This document shows positions 62,506-64,000 of a stretch of 64,000 bases of DNA, piece by piece (the stretch's first letter is position 1; each line of letters opens with the position of its first letter). A program made the position numbers and the translations under genes. A model generated the notes under the pieces. It saw nothing but the letters and a program-made list of their open reading frames with translations. It was not told the DNA's origin and searched no databases. The stretch is from an uncultured bacterium (lineage in GTDB: Bacteria; Muiribacteriota; Ozemobacteria; Ozemobacterales; Ozemobacteraceae): NCBI GenBank assembly GCA_900317935.1, contig ONIU01000005.1, positions 1,726 to 65,725 on the forward strand, read 5' to 3'.

Positions 62506-63836
62506 TGAAAAAAAGATTTATTCCAACTCTCATTGCCTTAATTATTCTGGTAGTTTTAGCTGTTTATTCTAATTATTATGAAGTAGATGACGTTCTTGCG
62601 CCAGGTGAAGTAAAATCTGTTTCAATACTAGGTTTTAATGCAAACGATATTAAATCTGTATCATTTGGGAAAAATGGTAAATTTGATTTAAAAGTTGAAT
62701 TAGACAATTCTGATAGTAAAATTGTGCTTCCTCAAGCTTATAAAAGTGATAATGCAGAAGTCTATGGAATTGTAAGACATTTTTCTGAATTAAAATCAGA
62801 TTTTATGTTCCCAAATAACGCTACTGATACTAAGATTTATGGATTAACTCCAGAATCTCCTTCTATAAAATTTGAAACATCATCTCAAACTGTGGAACTT
62901 ACCTTAGGGAATAAAGTAGAAGTTGGTAATTCTCTTTATTTAGCTAAGAAAGGTGATTCTAATATTTATGTTGTTTCTGATAATGTTAAAGGCTTGTTTG
63001 ATAAAAGTCTGGCAGATTTAAGAGACAGAGCTCTATATTATAAGAACTTCGATAAATGCAATGAAATAGAATATACTTGCGGAGAACACCATTTTAAGCT
63101 CATTCTAGACGGAGTGAATTCAGAATGGCTAGTTGCAGATACAAAGTATTCCTGTGACCATATAGAAGTTGCTAATATTATTAACAATATGAGAAACCTC
63201 AGAATTTCTAAATTCCTGGATGATACAAATTTATCTGCTGAAAAATATGGATTAACATCCCCATATTTGCATATAATTATAAAAACAGAAAATAGTGAAG
63301 TTTATGAATTAAAAGCAGGTTCTTTGCAAGGTTCTGATACCTATGTTTCTGTTGATGGTAAAACTGTTCAAATGGCTAATACCATGAAAGTAAATGAACT
63401 AAAACTAACTTTAAATGATGTTAGAGATAAGTTCTTAGAAGTATATCCATTTAAAGAATTAACTGAAATAGAATTAAAAGATGCTACAGGAACGATTAAA
63501 TTATCTTTTATTGATAAAAAATGGAAAATGGGAGAAATTAATATTCCTGAAAGTGATGTAAAAGAATTTATCAATACTCTAGCAAGATCAAAGGTTAATG
63601 AATACTTACCAAAAGAAAAACTTGATCAATATGGATTAGGCACACTTGAATCATGCTCTAAAATAACATTGAAAAGCAATGACAAAGAAAAGATTTACTG
63701 GTTGGGCGAATCTAACGGTGCTTTATTATTCATGACTGATAATGAAGATTTGATTAACATAAATGCTCAGCTATTAGACGGGTTTAAGAAATTTATTCAT
63801 ACCTTAAGAAATGCAGAGGTTTCTGTCTCTAAGTAG
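62505..63836 (+). CDS. DUF4340-like protein, N-terminally anchored
   Basis: 443 aa with a TAATG overlap and one N-terminal TM. It occupies the position typical of DUF4340 proteins after GldG-like genes. Confidence 0.6.
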   Translation: MKKRFIPTLIALIILVVLAVYSNYYEVDDVLAPGEVKSVSILGFNANDIKSVSFGKNGKFDLKVELDNSDSKIVLPQAYKSDNAEVYGIVRHFSELKSDFMFPNNATDTKIYGLTPESPSIKFETSSQTVELTLGNKVEVGNSLYLAKKGDSNIYVVSDNVKGLFDKSLADLRDRALYYKNFDKCNEIEYTCGEHHFKLILDGVNSEWLVADTKYSCDHIEVANIINNMRNLRISKFLDDTNLSAEKYGLTSPYLHIIIKTENSEVYELKAGSLQGSDTYVSVDGKTVQMANTMKVNELKLTLNDVRDKFLEVYPFKELTEIELKDATGTIKLSFIDKKWKMGEINIPESDVKEFINTLARSKVNEYLPKEKLDQYGLGTLESCSKITLKSNDKEKIYWLGESNGALLFMTDNEDLININAQLLDGFKKFIHTLRNAEVSVSK

Positions 63837-63837
63837 G

Positions 63838-64000
63838 TTAATGTTGTGGGACGGCTGTTTACTGCTTGTGGAAATAGTAATCAATTCACACAAGCAGCTA
63901 TGCTGCTGTCCCACAACGTAGTGTCTCACAGCGCAGCGTATCACTTTTAACCCTTCCAACTCTTCTCACCCTTCTAACCCTTCTCACAATTATAACTGAA
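63838..64000 (-). repeat. M2-family module in inverted orientation, rearranged, runs off window
   Basis: GTTGTGGGAC (63843-63852) and GTCCCACAAC (63908-63917) form the outer stem; CTGCTTGTG (63862-63870) and CACAAGCAG (63889-63897) form the inner stem. Then the reverse complement of ACGCTGCGCTGTG.GAC and of a 5-unit GGTT(G/A)GAAG tract. Confidence 0.85.

Noticed and set aside
1-64000. Whether the window contains a prophage, an integrative element, an IS element or a genomic island with recognisable boundaries.
   Set aside because: No integrase, transposase, recombinase, phage structural gene, tRNA attachment site or long direct repeat flanking a gene block was seen. The repeat loci are short non-coding modules.

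Overview
This is a visibly AT-rich bacterial chromosomal window with about 54 supportable protein-coding genes. It uses the standard genetic code, and many neighbouring genes are joined by ATGA/TAATG overlaps. All domain calls come from motif recognition by eye; no searches were run, and the taxon cannot be assigned from the sequence. Housekeeping anchors are a suhB-like IMPase, uvrC, speA, rlmE, lepB, a 5'-nucleotidase, a split chromate-transporter pair, a MATE pump, a DnaQ-like exonuclease, a CFA-synthase-like methyltransferase, an amidohydrolase, two tandem fadD-like ligases and an ABC-2/GldG-like/DUF4340 operon. I recognised no tRNA, rRNA, CRISPR array, cas gene, transposase, integrase or phage gene. 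The unusual content is as follows. (1) A mosaic family of GC-richer intergenic repeats occupies at least 10 loci and fills every large non-coding gap between 35.5 and 53.8 kb. It is built from two structured modules, one with complementary AAGACCCC...GGGGTCTT ends and one a TGTGGGAC/GTCYCACA palindromic hairpin module, plus variable 7- and 9-bp tandem tracts. Several stems show compensatory changes between copies. (2) A two-gene operon encodes a TPR/ankyrin protein and a DinG-type Fe-S helicase with an N-terminal RadC-like JAB/MPN metalloprotease domain, and is bracketed by these repeats. (3) Two tandem paralogs of a prokaryotic pentameric ligand-gated ion channel carry an extra N-terminal TM-sensor-TM module. 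(4) A pseudopilin operon is headed by a membrane-anchored TAXI-type solute-binding protein. (5) A radical-SAM enzyme is fused to a PaaI-type hotdog thioesterase. (6) Several clusters encode zinc-ribbon/DUF3592-like membrane proteins and a four-member family of 4-TM proteins of unknown function.
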